The notes under the pieces are model-generated. The model searched no databases, had not been told where the DNA came from, and was given only the letters and a program-made list of their open reading frames with translations. The position numbers were made by a program, and so were the translations under genes. This document shows positions 38,370 through 51,189 of a stretch of DNA of 64,000 nt, one piece after another. This DNA comes from Lama guanicoe (taxonomy: Eukaryota): positions 336,355-400,354 of the forward strand of contig MU053594.1 of assembly GCA_013239625.1 (NCBI GenBank). Reading direction: 5' to 3'. Numbering within the stretch: the stretch's first letter is position 1; each line of letters starts with the position of its first letter.

Positions 38370-39380
38370 TAATGGCTAATTATTGAGCCATTACTATGTG
38401 CCAGGCACTTAAATGGTTCCATTCATTCTGCACTTATTTAATGAGTCCCTGTTGTGTGCCAGGCACTCTTTTAGGCACTGGAGATGAAGAAAGGAAACAA
38501 GAATTCCTGCTGTCTGTAGCTTTTTTTTTGCTTTTTTTTTTTTGGTAGGGGAGAGCAAAAAAAGTAAATAAGTGAATTATATAGCATATTAGAATGTGAT
38601 GAGTACCATGGAGATGAATAAAGGATAGTATGAAAGAAATGAAAAAAAAAAAGGTGTGCTGGGAACTGGATTTCAAATAGGAGGGACCTTTTGAGAAGAT
38701 GCAAAAGGGGTGAGGGAGTGAGTCATGGGAGGCCCAAAGATGGGAGTATGTATACCTTGCTTAGCTTCAGAAGTCTCAGCAAGGAGCCCGGAGCTGAGGT
38801 CTAGCAAGTGAGGAGAGCAGTAAAGAGATGAGGCCGTAGCGGGGACAGGGGATGCACCGTGCAGAGCCTTCATAATGGCGTGGCGTGGCTTTTACCCTGA
38901 GTTAGAGGAGTAGCCATTGGAGAGTTTGGATCAGAGGAACGAGGTAAACTGGCTTCCATTTTCTAAGGAACCTTCTGATCACTGTGTTGGGAACAGAAGG
39001 TGTGGGAGGGAGTAGTGAGCACGGGTCAGATCCAGGAGCCCAGGACCAGTCAGGAAGCTATTGCAGACGAAGGTGATGTAGCTGGGATGTAGTGGTGGAG
39101 GATGAGAAGTGCTTGCTGTGTAGGATTTGCTTACAAAGGAGGTAAGAGTTGTGGAGGAAAGAAAGGGGTTAAAGAGGACTCCACGTTTTTTTCTCAAGCA
39201 GCTGAAAGGATGGAGTTGCTCTTCACTGACATGGGAATAAATGCAGGTGGAGCAGATTTGGGGTGGAAGATGAAGAGGTCACTTTTGGCAGTGTTAAGTT
39301 TGAAATGCCTGTTGGACACCCAGGTGGAGTGTGCTGTTCAGGGGAGGAATGGAGGCTGGAGATGGACAAAACTGGGAGTG
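38370..39380 (-). mobile_element. L2 element
   Basis: ACTATGTGCCAGGCAC..., AGCCATTGGAGAGTTT, TTTGAAATGCCTGTTGGACACCCAGGTGGAG. Confidence 0.7.
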
Positions 39381-40039
39381 AAATTGCTGGGTTGTATAAC
39401 AATTCTGTGTTAAAAAAGTTCTAAAAGAGGACTCTTTAATAACTGCGACAATATTATCACACTTAAAAATTAATAATAATTCCCTAACCTCATTAACTAC
39501 CTGTGTAGAAGTTTCCCTGATTGTCTCATTAACGATATGTTTGCAGTTGATTTGTGAGTCTAATGATCCACATAAAATTAAAACATTAAAATATGTTTGA
39601 AATGTCTTTTAAGATCACTTTTATCTATAAATTCCCTCCCTCTTTTTTTCTTGCAATTGAATGTTCGAAGAAATAAAGTCCTTTGTTCTGTCATGTTTCA
39701 CACATTCTGGGATTTGCTGATTGCATTCCTGTGGTATCCTTTAATGGATTTTTCCATCTCCTGTCTTTCCTAATAACTTACATACTTATCTGGCATCTGT
39801 TGTGTGTATTTCTTCCATTTTGTCATATCAAGAAGCAGACAATGTCTGGTCACCCTCCATTTGTGTTGTTAGAATTGTTGTGCTCAGATAGTGTCAGCTG
39901 GATTCATTTATCATCAAAGCCCCCCCCCCAGTGTTTCCCGCCACCATTACTGATTATTGCTTAGATTCTTTATTTTATTGGAAATTTCAAAGTGGTAATG
40001 TTTTATCTCTCATTACTTCATAATTTACTAGTTGGAAAT

Positions 40040-43000
40040 CTTTTTTTAAATTGTGGTTAAAAAACATATAACATAAAATTTACATTTTAACGTGTACAGG
40101 GTTCGGTATCGTTAAGTATATTCACGTGATTGTGCAAAAGCTCTCCAGAACTTTTTCACCTTGTAACTCTGAAACTTTATACCCATTAAATAACCCTTTC
40201 CCCCTCCTACCTGCCCCTAGAAACCACCTTCTACTTTCTGTTTCTGTGAATTTCACTGCTTTAGATACTCCATATAAGTTGAAACATACATTACTTATCT
40301 TTTTGTGACTGGTTTATTTCGCTTAGCATAATGTCCTCAGTGTTTGTCCATGCTATAACATGTGACAGGATTTCCTTTTTTTTTTCCAATTTTTTTTAAT
40401 TATGGTAAAATACACGTATAAGTTACTGTCGTAACCATTTTTAAGTGTACGATTCAGTGGTCGTAAGTACATTCATGTCACTGTGCATCCATCACTACCA
40501 TCCATCTCCAGAACTCTTTTCATCTTAAGAAACTGAAGCTCTGTACCCATTAAACAGTAGCTCCCCATTCCCCCTGCACCAGCTCCTGGCAACCACTGTT
40601 CTACTTTCCGTTTTCTATGATTTTGACTACTCTAAGTACCTTATATACGTGGAATCATACAGTATTTGTCCTTTTGTAACTGGCTTGTTTCACTTAGCAT
40701 AATGCCTTCAAAGGTCATTCAGATTGTAGCATGTCAGAATTTCCTTCCTGTTTAAGGCTGAATAATACTCCATTGTATGCTTATACCAAATTTTGTTTAT
40801 CCATTTGTTCATCAGTAGATATTTGGGTTGCTTCCACCTCTTGGCTCTTGTGCCTAGTGCTGCTGTGAACATGGATGTGCAAATATCTCTTCGAGACCCT
40901 GCTTTTCTATTTTGGATATATCCCCGAAAGTGAGATTGCTAGATCATATGGTAGTTCTATTTTTAATTTTTTCCAGGAACCTCCATACTGTTTCTTCCAT
41001 AGCATTTGCACCATTTTATAATCCCACCAACAGTGCACAAAAATTCCAGTTTCTTCACATCCTCACCAAGACTTATTTTCTGTGTGTGTGTTTGTGTGTG
41101 TGTGTGACAGCATTCTAATGGCTGTGAGGTGATATCCGTGGTTTTTTAAAAAAATTTTTAATTGAAGTATATTTGATTTACAATTTTGTATTGGTTTCTG
41201 GTGTACAGCAAAGTGATTCAGTTACATGTATATATACATACTTCTAAATTTTTTTTTCCACTATGGTTTATTACAGAATATTGAATATAGTTCCCTGTGC
41301 TATACTTAAGACCTTATTTATCTGTTTCATATATAGTAGTTTGTATCTGCTAATCTCAAACTCCAAATTTATCCCTCCCCCACCCCCTTTCCCCTTTGGT
41401 AACCATAAGTTTGTTTTCTTTGTCTTAGTCTGTTTCTGTTTTGTAAATAAGTTCATTTGTATCTTTTTTGAAGATTCCCTATATAAGTGTTATTATATGG
41501 CATTTGTCTTTTTCTGTCTGACTTACTTCATTAAGTATGATGATCTCTAGTTCTATCCGTGTTGCTGCAGATGGCATTATTTCATTCTTTTTTGTAGCTG
41601 AGTAGTATTCTCATTGTGGTTTTGATTTGCATTTTTCTCTGCTGATTAGCAACGCTGAGCATGTTTAAAATCGGATTAGCTGATTTTTTGTTATTGTTGA
41701 GTTGTAAGAGTTCTTTATATATTCTGGACATTTACTCTTTATCAGATAAATGATTGGCAAATATTTTCTCCCATTCTGTAGGTTGCATTTTCACTCTTTT
41801 GATTGTGTCCTTTCATGCTGTAAAGTTTTTAAGTTTGACTTAGTCCCATTTGTTGATTTTTGTTTTTGTTACCTAAACTCTTGGTGCCATGTCCAGGAAT
41901 CATTGCCAAGTCCAATGTCATGGAGCTTTTTATGTTTAACTTTTTTGAAGAACTGCCAAACTTCATTCTTCTAACTTCCACAACATCTGCACTGTCTTAC
42001 ATTCCCACCAGCAATCCATGAAGTTCCAACTTCTCTACATCTTCACCAACACTTGTTATTTAGCTGTGCAGGTGGGTGTGGAATGTTAATCTCATCAGGG
42101 TTTTGGTTTGTGTTTCCTTAGTCGCTGGTGATGTTGATGTGTTTGTTGGCCATTTGTTTATGTTCTTCGGAGAAGTATCTGTTGAAATTCTTTGCCCATT
42201 TTGAATGTCGGGCTGTTGGTCTTTTTATTATTCTGTTGTAGGAGTTGTTTATTTATCCTGAACATAAATCCCTTACCAGATACGTGGTTTGCAAACATTT
42301 TCTCTCATTCTGTGGGTTGTCTTTTCACTATCCTGATGGTTTCCTTTGAAGCCCAAAGATTTATTTGATGATGTCACATTTGTCTGTTTTTTCTTTGGCT
42401 GCTTGTGCTTTGAGTGTCGTCTCTAAGATGCCATTGCCTAATCCAAGGTCATGGAGATTGAAACCTATTTTCTTCTAAGAGTTTTGTAGCTTTAGCTCTT
42501 ACCTGGAGGGCTTGATCCCCTCTGAGTTCATTTTTGTAAATGATGTTAGGTAGGGGTTAAAAGCCATTCTTTTACATGTGGATATCCAGTTGTCCCAGAA
42601 CTATTTATTGAAAAGATATTCTTTCTCTATTAAACTGTCTTGGTACCTGTGTTGAAAACCAATTGACCATAAATGTGAGGGTTTATTTCTGGACTGTCAG
42701 TTCTATTCCATCGATCTATATTTGTTCTTATGCCAGTAGCACACAATCATGATTATTAGTTTTGTGATCTTTGTGGGTTTTTTCTTTATAAATTAAATAT
42801 TTCATTGCTCATGTATAGAAATTAATCTAACTTTAAAAAAGTAATTATTTAATTTTTAAAAATTGAAGTATAGTTGATTTTACAGTGTTGTGTGAATTTC
42901 TATTGTACAGCATAGTGATTCATTTATACTTATATATATATTCTTTTTCATTATAGGCTTTTACAAGCCATTGAATATAGTTCTCTGTGCTATACAGTGG

Positions 43001-43770
43001 GGCCTTGTTTATCTATTTTATATATAATAGTTAGCATTTAACCTTTGTACATTGATCTTTTATCTAACCACCTCATTAGTTATAACTATTTTCTGTAGAT
43101 TATTTTGGGTTTCCCTTGTAGGTGATCATTATCTGTGAGTTATGACAGCTTTGTTTCTTATTTTGCAATCTTTATTATTTTTTTAAAATCTCTTTTATTT
43201 TTAGCCCTGCCCAGAACTTTCAGAACCATGGTGAATAGAAGTCCTCACATTAGACATCTTTGTCTCAGTCTTAAGTTTTAAAGGAAGTACGTTTAATGTT
43301 TCAACATTAAGTACAAAGTTTGCTGTGGACTTTTCATGGATATTCTTTATTGGCCTAAAAATACTCATTTCTTTTCCTACTTGGCTTAAAGTTTTATTCC
43401 TGAATGGTGGTTTTATCAAATACTTTTCCTGTATCTATTGAGATGATCATTTTCTCCCTTTAACTGTTAAGATAATGGATTTTACTGGTCTGTTTTCTAA
43501 TATGAACTCAGTTATTTCATTCTAATATGAACTCGACTTGGTCTTACTGTATAACCTGGTTTGGTCTGTTAGCAGAATTGTATTTGCTAATATTTTGTTT
43601 AGGCTTTTTGCACCTGTGATCTTGTGTGGGTTTGTTATTTTTCCTTTCTCTTACTGTTCTTGATTGGTTAAGGATATTGTAAGGTGTTAATGCTGACCTC
43701 AAAAGATGAGTTGAGGAGTATGTATATTCTTTATTCTCTAGAATAGTTTCTGTGAGATTGAAAACATCCA
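40040..43770 (-). mobile_element. Nested cluster of antisense L1 fragments of several ages (intron 3)
   Basis: At least four separate L1 3' termini (near 40040, 40385, 41150 and 42850) plus ORF2 remnants. Confidence 0.8.
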
Positions 43771-43777
43771 TTCTTTG

Positions 43778-43937
43778 TGGGGAAGGTATAGCTCAGTGGT
43801 AGAGTGCATGCTTAGCATGCCCAAGGTCCTGGATTCAATCCCCAGTACTTCCATTAAAAAAGTAATAATAATAATTAAATAAATAAGCCTAATTACCTCC
43901 TCCCCTCAAAGAAATTTAAATAAAATTTAAAAAAAAG
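43778..43937 (+). mobile_element. tRNA-derived SINE (camelid type)
   Basis: GGGGAAGGTATAGCTCAGTGGTAGAGTGCATGCTTAGCATG...GGATTCAATCCCCAG, TAATTACCTCC, A tail; ATTCTTTG repeated on both flanks. Confidence 0.88.
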
Positions 43938-44324
43938 AAAATATTCTTTGAATGTTCAACTTTTAGCTGATAAGTAATGATAAGTAAAGAGACTATTTAA
44001 CTTACAGGTATGGGATGTATTTTTGACTCTGGAGTAAGACTGCAGAAGCGGGTATTTGATTCATTTCATTTTAGCAGCTTATTACTGTACTGTTAGCTAA
44101 TCTTAAGGTTACAGTGTAGCTGTAAGATACTCGTTTGACTCTAGTGTAGAATAGTGAGGTTGTTACACAGATGAGCCACTGTAGTGAGAACTAGGGAGTG
44201 TATCTAATTTCGTGAATGCTTTTACCTTTTTCCCTACAATACAGACAGGAGGGCAGTGTTTCCTGCATGTAGACTAATGAATTTCTATTTATCTTTGACT
44301 AATGAATTTCTATGTATCTTTCAG

Positions 44325-44430
44325 AGGTAATAGACCTTACTCATGACAGCAAAGATGATCTTCAGGCTGCCATTGCCTTGAGTCTGCTGGAGTCACCCAA
44401 AATTCAGACTGATGGAAGAGATCTTAACAG
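44325..44430 (+). CDS. USP28: USP28 exon 4 (KVIDLTHDSKDDLQAAIALSLLES...; SIM and UIM)
   Basis: TTTCAG| acceptor, CAG|GTTATT donor, 106 nt; frame continuous with exons 3 and 5. Confidence 0.96.
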
Positions 44431-45366
44431 GTTATTGATTTAGTTTATGATCTTTGCTCTGCACACTAGTATGTAGGTCAAAGACAGTATCTCTGTGCGT
44501 GCTGCTGAGGAGCAGTGCTGGCAGTCTTCTTTAATTGCACCTGAAGGAGATTTCTTTTAGGAGCAAATTTAAATTCACATTAGCTTTCTTACTCTTTGGT
44601 TCACTTTTGAAGAAACTGAGTACAATAAGGGTCTTAATGCAGCCTGTGGTCTTTAAGTAGAATCCTGCAAGGTTTTGTAGCTCACAGTTACTGGGGAACA
44701 AAACCCCATCCTAGTGCAAGTATCTGATAAATACGTGTTCTCTTTATGAACTTTGAGCCTTTGCAAACTTTTGAGGGTTATGTGGTCAGCTATTTGAAAA
44801 TGAAAGTTACCACTCAACCACTCTGTCTCAGAAGCGACTAGGGGGTGTATTTTTTGAATTGGCACTAATTTGGTAATTGTCTGGTATTCACAAATATCCA
44901 GTCCGAGTGGTGGCCTGTCAGGTCCCGGATATGTTTATCCACTCACACTGCCAAGTGGTTTCTTTCAGGGAAACACAGGGCCCTGGTTTGTGTGCTAAGC
45001 AATCTGGAGGCTCTTATCTGTAGCAGAATGTCTGTCTTGCCTCTTTCAACGGCAAGGTCTGAGAGAAGGCACTAGTTGAAATCTAAAACTCTTAGTAGTT
45101 TGGTAGCTGTAAATAGTCTCAACTCTGTTGCATTTAGGGACCTTATTGCTAATAATCTCTGTTATGGAAGGATTAATAACTCTATATTTAAACCTTACTT
45201 TTCATTTATATTATAATCTTATAGTTACTCTATAGCTGGTAATTACCTAGTAAGTAGTTTACCTGGCAATTTGAATTACCTATGAAAGGTTACCAGCATC
45301 CTCCATGTAGTACGTTGTCATTTAGCTTTTCTCTTTTTTGATGTGTGGTACGTTGGCACAATATAG

Positions 45367-45526
45367 GATGCACGAGGCACCCTCTGCTGAAACTAAACGC
45401 TCGAAGAGAAAACGCTGTGAAGTCTGGGGGGAAAATCCGAATCCCAGTGGCTGGAGGCGAGTTGATGGCTGGCCAGTTGGGCTGAAGAATGTTGGCAACA
45501 CATGTTGGTTCAGTGCTGTTATTCAG
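45367..45526 (+). CDS. USP28: USP28 exon 5 (basic KRSKRKR; Cys box GLKNVGNTCWFSAVIQ, catalytic Cys codon 45503-45505)
   Basis: USP Cys-box motif; ATATAG| acceptor, CAG|GTAGGA donor, 160 nt. Confidence 0.98.
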
Positions 45527-45779
45527 GTAGGATGTTTTTAAGAGATAAGTGTGTCTTCTGGAAACAACTTTGTAATTCTTTAAACTGAAATGTGAAAAAC
45601 ATAGTTTTAAAAAAAAAATGGAAACGTATATAAAACTAGAGTTTTCCCCGTGGCATTATTGTCTTTCGGCTGCTTTCTTATGTTTGAGACCTGGATGCTC
45701 TGGGGTCTAAATTGTACAATACTAAACAGAGTCTTCCGTGGTTGTGAATAGGTTGAAGAGATGTGTTGGTTCAGCATTT

Positions 45780-48700
45780 AGGGAATGCTGTATTCCAGCA
45801 GAGCAGGAGTTACTAAGGAGCTGTCAGTTGTTGGCAGGTGATCGTAAAGGACCAGGCAGGAAGGAAATGATGGCAGCCTGGACTAGAGAAATGACATAAG
45901 CCATGGGAGGAGGAGAGGAGTGAGAGCATTCTACAGGTGTTTAGGAGATGGGGTCTGCAGGAGTTGGTAAGCGACTGGGTAGGGGTATGTGCAGGAGGGA
46001 GCGGACAAAGACTCCAAGGTTTCTAGCTTGAGGTGCCACGGGGATGTCAGTGCGATTGGATACTGAAGGGGGAACAGTCTGCGTGTGTATTAAAAGTGGG
46101 ATTTCAGTTCAGCTTTATACATGCTGAGTTTGAGATGCCTCATGGAGATGCAGGCTGTTATCTGTGTGACTCCGTCACTCAGTAAAATGATCTGAGCCGC
46201 AGATATGATTCTGGGGATCAGTAGCACGGAGAGGGTGATAAAGGCAAACAAGAGGACGAGTTCCCCTGGAGAGAGTGTTGTCCCTTACGCGTAGCGTGGC
46301 CGCAGGGCAGCGCTCGATCCCGCCCTGCAGTCTCTCCTTCACCTTGTGTGACACCGGCCCAGCCACTCAGCCAGCATAAAATCCATGGATTCACTCAGCT
46401 TACTCTGTGCCTGGCACTGTGTTTGCGCTGGGGGAACAGCAGTGGTTAAACAGGGCACTTAACTCCCATGGAGTTTACTCTGGGGAGAGTTGGGGAGACA
46501 GGAACCAGCATGTGTATCAGATGGTGAGAAGAGCCGTCAGGACAAATGAATGTGGGCACGCGGGGCTGGGGAGGGCTCGGCTGGAGGGCACAGGGTGCTG
46601 TTATAGAGGGTGTTAGGTGTGGCCTTTCCGCTAAGGTGAGCACCGGAGCAGAGGCCTGAATTAAGGAGGGAACGAGCCTTGTAATTACAGAGGACAGTTC
46701 ATATAGTTACGTAGAGAGTGCTGCAGACAGGGAACGCAGGTGCAGAGACTCCGGAGGAGGCAGCGACGGGGGCAGAAAGGTAGTGGAGGTGGCGGCAGAG
46801 CTTGGGGTCATGATAAGGATTCAGGAACGAGGTGAGATGGGAAAATATTGGAAGATTTGGAGCAGAGAAGTAATATGATCCTACTTCCGTTTGAAGAGGA
46901 TCACTGGCCTCTGTGTTGAAAATAGAGTGTAGGAAGGTCACGTGAAATTAGGGACAGGTGTCAGTTCTTTCCTATGGAGAGGGAGAGACTGAGACCGAGA
47001 CCCCTCCCCAGATTCACTTCCCTCCTGTGAGCGATGGGGACGGAGCTGGCAGATAGAGGCGGTGACTGAGAAAGGCTTCTGAGAAAGATAGGAGGGCGGG
47101 ACATCGAGTTTGTAGGGGCAGCTTGGCCTTAAATAGCAAAGGGCAAGAGTGTAATAGGGGAGAGGAGAAGGAAGAAGTGATGACTGCAAATTAAAGCTGA
47201 AATAATTTCTAATAGTCATTTTTGCCTCTGAAAGAAGCAGCCACTCTCTGAGACAGAGTGGAAAAGTGACAGGCTTTAAAGGGAATGAACGTTTAAATAG
47301 TTGTAAACAGTGGGAAACCAGCTGGCTCCAGAATGCAATAGTGGGATTTTTGAAATGTGCAGGTCTGCCTAAGGTTGTCGCCTTACGTGGACAGCGGTAT
47401 CAACTTGTCCTGTTTTACCAGGACTTTCTCTTAGCAGCGCTCTGAAACGCTTAAGTGGAAAATTAAACTCATTTAAGTTGGAGGATTTGCTTGTGCAATG
47501 AAAGGACCAAAGGGCAGTTTGAGAATATAATAAAGGATGCATAGAGACCATGGATTCAAAGCTGGCGAGAGGGAGAAGTGAAGACAGAGGCGCTAATGGC
47601 TAAGAAGATAGGAGAGAGGTACGTTCGCTTGGGTTCCTGATGAAGTCAAAGCGCAGGTGTCCTGTGGGTCCTTGAACAAATAAGCCAGAAGACAGGCTGT
47701 GGTCCAAGAGGCGGATTTTCTGAATTTGTGATCTGAGAATTGGCAGCTTTTCGGGTATAGATGTATCCTGGGTGTGGCTGTGGGTGTGGAGGTAGAGCGG
47801 AGGGCTAGATCAGATCACAAGGGGTAGGATGCTCAGGAAGCCAGGGGGTCCCTGGGCTGAACGAATGTGCCTTTGTTCCCTCAGCAAATATGAGCTGGAC
47901 ACCTGCTGTGTGTTCTAAGCCCTTGAGATATAGGAGTGAGCAAAACCAAGACAGAGCCTTTCTCTTGTGGAATTTAGATTCTTGTGACGCAAGACAGACA
48001 AGGAACAATTTATAGGAAATAAATAGTCGAAATAAGCATCAATAAGTAGTTGAAAAACTAACCAGTTAACTTGGCAAATCAATTTATATGATCTGTTAAA
48101 CTGTGGTCAGTGTGACAGGAAAGAGAGCAGGACAAGGGGGCCTGGGGTCCCTGCAGGAGGAACGGGAGCAGGTTCCCACGTCAGCTGTGATGTCAGGTTC
48201 TGGGTTGGGAGGGGATGGGATTGGAGCAGGTGGGGGAGTGAGCCAGGCAGCTGTCGGGGGAGAACGTTCTGGAAGCACAGAGCATTAGCCTCAAGGTGAG
48301 AGCGAGACTGGTGTGTTCAAGGGGCATCAAGGAGTCCCCAGGGGCTGGAATGCTAGGAGCGGAGGCAGAGTGGTTGGAGGTGAGACTGGAGAGGTGGCTT
48401 GTCTTTTATTCTGAGTGAGAGGGGAGTCACTGAGGGTTCTGAGCCAAGGAATAATAAACTCTGACCCGAGTTTTTGGAGGCTCCCTTCGGCTGCTGTGAG
48501 GAGAGCAGAATGGAAGGGGTTGGGGTACAAGTGGAGAGACCGTGAAGGAGGTCACCAGTTGTCACTGAGAGGCGCTGGTGACCTGGACCAGGCTGTACCA
48601 TGGATGTAGAGAAGAGGTTGGAATCTTGATTTATTCTGAAGGCGGAGCTGACAGGGTGTCCCTTAGATTGGATGTTGACCAGTAAGGTCAGGATGGCAGG

Positions 48701-49120
48701 ACTCGGGGTGGTAGGAAGACCTCTTCCCGAACCATAGCCTTCAGTGAATCCGGAGCTCTGTTTTGGTCATATTAGCAAGGCGGTTGGAAGGACCTGTGTG
48801 GAGAGGGAACTGGTACAGGGGAGGCTCTGGAGGCTGGGAGGCCAGGCCATGTGCTGTGATCCAGGTGAGCAGTGAGGGGAGTTCCATTAGAGCCGGTGAT
48901 AGGGACTGATGGAGAGGAGGTGGTTCTAAATAAAGCAGCGCCCCAAGGCAGAGTGCACGGGGCTTCTTACTCACTGCATGTGAGTGGTTAAGAAAGGGAA
49001 GGAGTCAGAGACTGTTCTAAAGTTTGACACTTTGATGGCTGGAGGAGGAGAATGTAATTCGTGACACAGAGGCTACAGGGGAGGAAGCAGATGGTGGAGG
49101 GTCAAATCGATCCTGGATTG
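45780..49120. mobile_element. Multiple degenerate L2 fragments (intron 5)
   Basis: Repeated L2 motifs (GACTCCAAGGTTTCTAGCTTGA, CATGCTGAGTTTGAGATGCCT, AGGATCACTGGC, AAGGCGGAGCTGACAGG). Confidence 0.6.
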
Positions 49121-49214
49121 GGAACTGTGTGTAGTTCTTTTAAGGTTAAAAAAAAATTTTTGCAGCGGTTATTTTGAAAGAAAGACTGTTAAGCCATTTC
49201 TTTCTTTATTTCAG

Positions 49215-49301
49215 TCTCTCTTTCAATTGCCTGAATTCCGAAGACTTGTTCTCAGCTACAGTCTGCCACAGAACGTCCTTGAAAATTGTCCAAGTCACAC
49301 G
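49215..49301 (+). CDS. USP28: USP28 exon 6 (SLFQLPEFRRLVLSYSLPQNVLENCPSHT)
   Basis: TTTCAG| acceptor, ACG|GTAAGC donor, 87 nt. Confidence 0.97.
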
Positions 49302-50008
49302 GTAAGCTGGCGTCGAGGAGTCTTCACTGCCTAGTCCCCGACATCCCAGGGACCTTTAAATTTTGGTTAAAGCTGGTAGCCGTGTTGCTCTCTGGCTTGT
49401 GCAGTGTTGGTTTTCATTTCCAAATGGCTCTTTGTCTTTCTTTGTGACAAGAAATAAGAGTTGACAAGAGTGTAAAGCTAAACGGGAATAAAATTAGAAA
49501 AACAGTTTCAAGAAGGTGGCGAGTCACCCTGACAGCCTCAGCTTTTCTGCCTGTGGCTGGGAGAGTCAGAAACACCTCTTCTGTTGGTGGCCTCCTTCAC
49601 CGAGGAATGCGGGGGAGCTGGCCTGATGCTGGAGGCCGGGGCCTTCTTGGATGAGACTTTAGTCCGTTTTAGCCAAAGGATGTAGCCTCCTCCCGGAGCT
49701 CCAGCCCTTCCCAGGATCTCACCTTCCTGATGCCTTTCCCAGCAGGAGGGAGGGCAGCAGCTTTAGAAAATAAACACTTTTGCTTTCTGACAATGCTCTC
49801 TCTGGCTTCTAAACAGGAATTCTTGAGTTTAGGCCCATCCCCTACACAGACCTTATCAGAGTACCTGTAATCTAGTTTGAGACTTGACCCTGACCTAGAT
49901 CTGTGTAAAAATGAATTAGGAAGTGATCGTTAGCAACTTCTTTCTTTTATGTGTTCAGATTTTCTAAATACGAGAGTATACGAGTATATGTTGCTGTCTT
50001 TCCTACAG

Positions 50009-50146
50009 GAAAAGAGAAATATCATGTTCATGCAGGAGCTTCAGTATCTGTTTGCTCTGATGATGGGTTCAAATCGCAAGTTTGTAGACCCTTCCGCAGC
50101 CCTGGATCTCTTAAAGGGAGCCTTCCGGTCGCCTGAGGAACAGCAG
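50009..50146 (+). CDS. USP28: USP28 exon 7 (EKRNIMFMQELQYLFALMMGS...PEEQQ)
   Basis: CTACAG| acceptor, CAG|GTACGG donor, 138 nt. Confidence 0.97.
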
Positions 50147-51115
50147 GTACGGGAAGCCCGCTACCCTCGCGCTTTCCCTCAAACTCTGGAGGTTGGAACG
50201 ATGCCTTGTTACTGTGACGGTGCTGGTGCTTCATTTCGGCTGTGGAATAAGCTATGAACGTGAGTGAATGGGACCCTGGGTGCCTGAGTGCTCTGGCCCT
50301 TCATGATGCCTGGGAGCAGGTGGTAAAAGGAACTCATGTCTGGGCTGGTTCGCACATACGTGCGGGCGTGCTGTGTTGGGGAGGCTGGCAGTTCTAAGGG
50401 GAAGAAGAAATAAGAGTAGAAAGAACAGAATTATCCAGGGGCTGTTGAAGTGGAAGAGACTGGAAAATATCTCAGTGAATCTTGGCAAAGGGTCACCAAG
50501 ATAAGGGACGTCCATCCTTTGTTGTGGATGGCCCAGATAGAAATACTGTTTTTTCGAAACCGTCTCAACCCGAGTTGGGTAGCTTTTCTGAGCAATCTTT
50601 GTCTTCTCGACGTTACTACTTTCCTTTCCCTACCTCCTGTTAAAATCAAAGCTGTCACTGGTACAGCAGCTTCTTTCTCATAAAATTACTTTTTTTTCAG
50701 TCTATTTATGTAAAGGCCCAACAGTTCTATAAAATTCTCGAAACATTTCATAAGTTTCCTTTCTCTGCTCAGATGTCGATTGTTCCCGTAGAAGACTACT
50801 CTGTTCTTTGGACCTTTTTCAAGGCCTGACTGGAAGATTTTATTTGTTTGTTAGTTTGTTACAAATAGACGTGGCTGGGAGGGTTAGAGTTCCAGGTTCT
50901 TCTTAACCACAGCCCCGTCAGAGATCGCCTCACACGCCTTCCGTGGTATCTGCAGCAGCCGGGTTCCAGTGTTCCCTGTATCTTCAGGACGTTTGGCCCT
51001 GAAAAAGAAATCTTTTCATAGTAATAGAATCTCAACCACTGGATAAAGGCACATTTTCACTTCCCTAAGTATAGTGTCGGGTCTCATTCTTTTGCAATTT
51101 GGGCCTCTCTTCCAG

Positions 51116-51189
51116 CAAGACGTGAGTGAATTCACACACAAGCTCCTGGACTGGCTAGAGGATGCGTTCCAGCTGGCGGTTAATGTCAA
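51116..51189 (+). CDS. USP28: USP28 exon 8 ([24 protein letters not shown])
   Basis: USP QQD box completed across the junction; TTCCAG| acceptor, CAA|GTGAGT donor, 74 nt. Confidence 0.97.

Noticed and set aside
43778..43855. tRNA-like sequences with A and B boxes (also at 16400, 30890, 33915 and 37075)
   Set aside because: They are SINE heads with A-rich tails and TSD-like flanks, not intact cloverleaf tRNA genes
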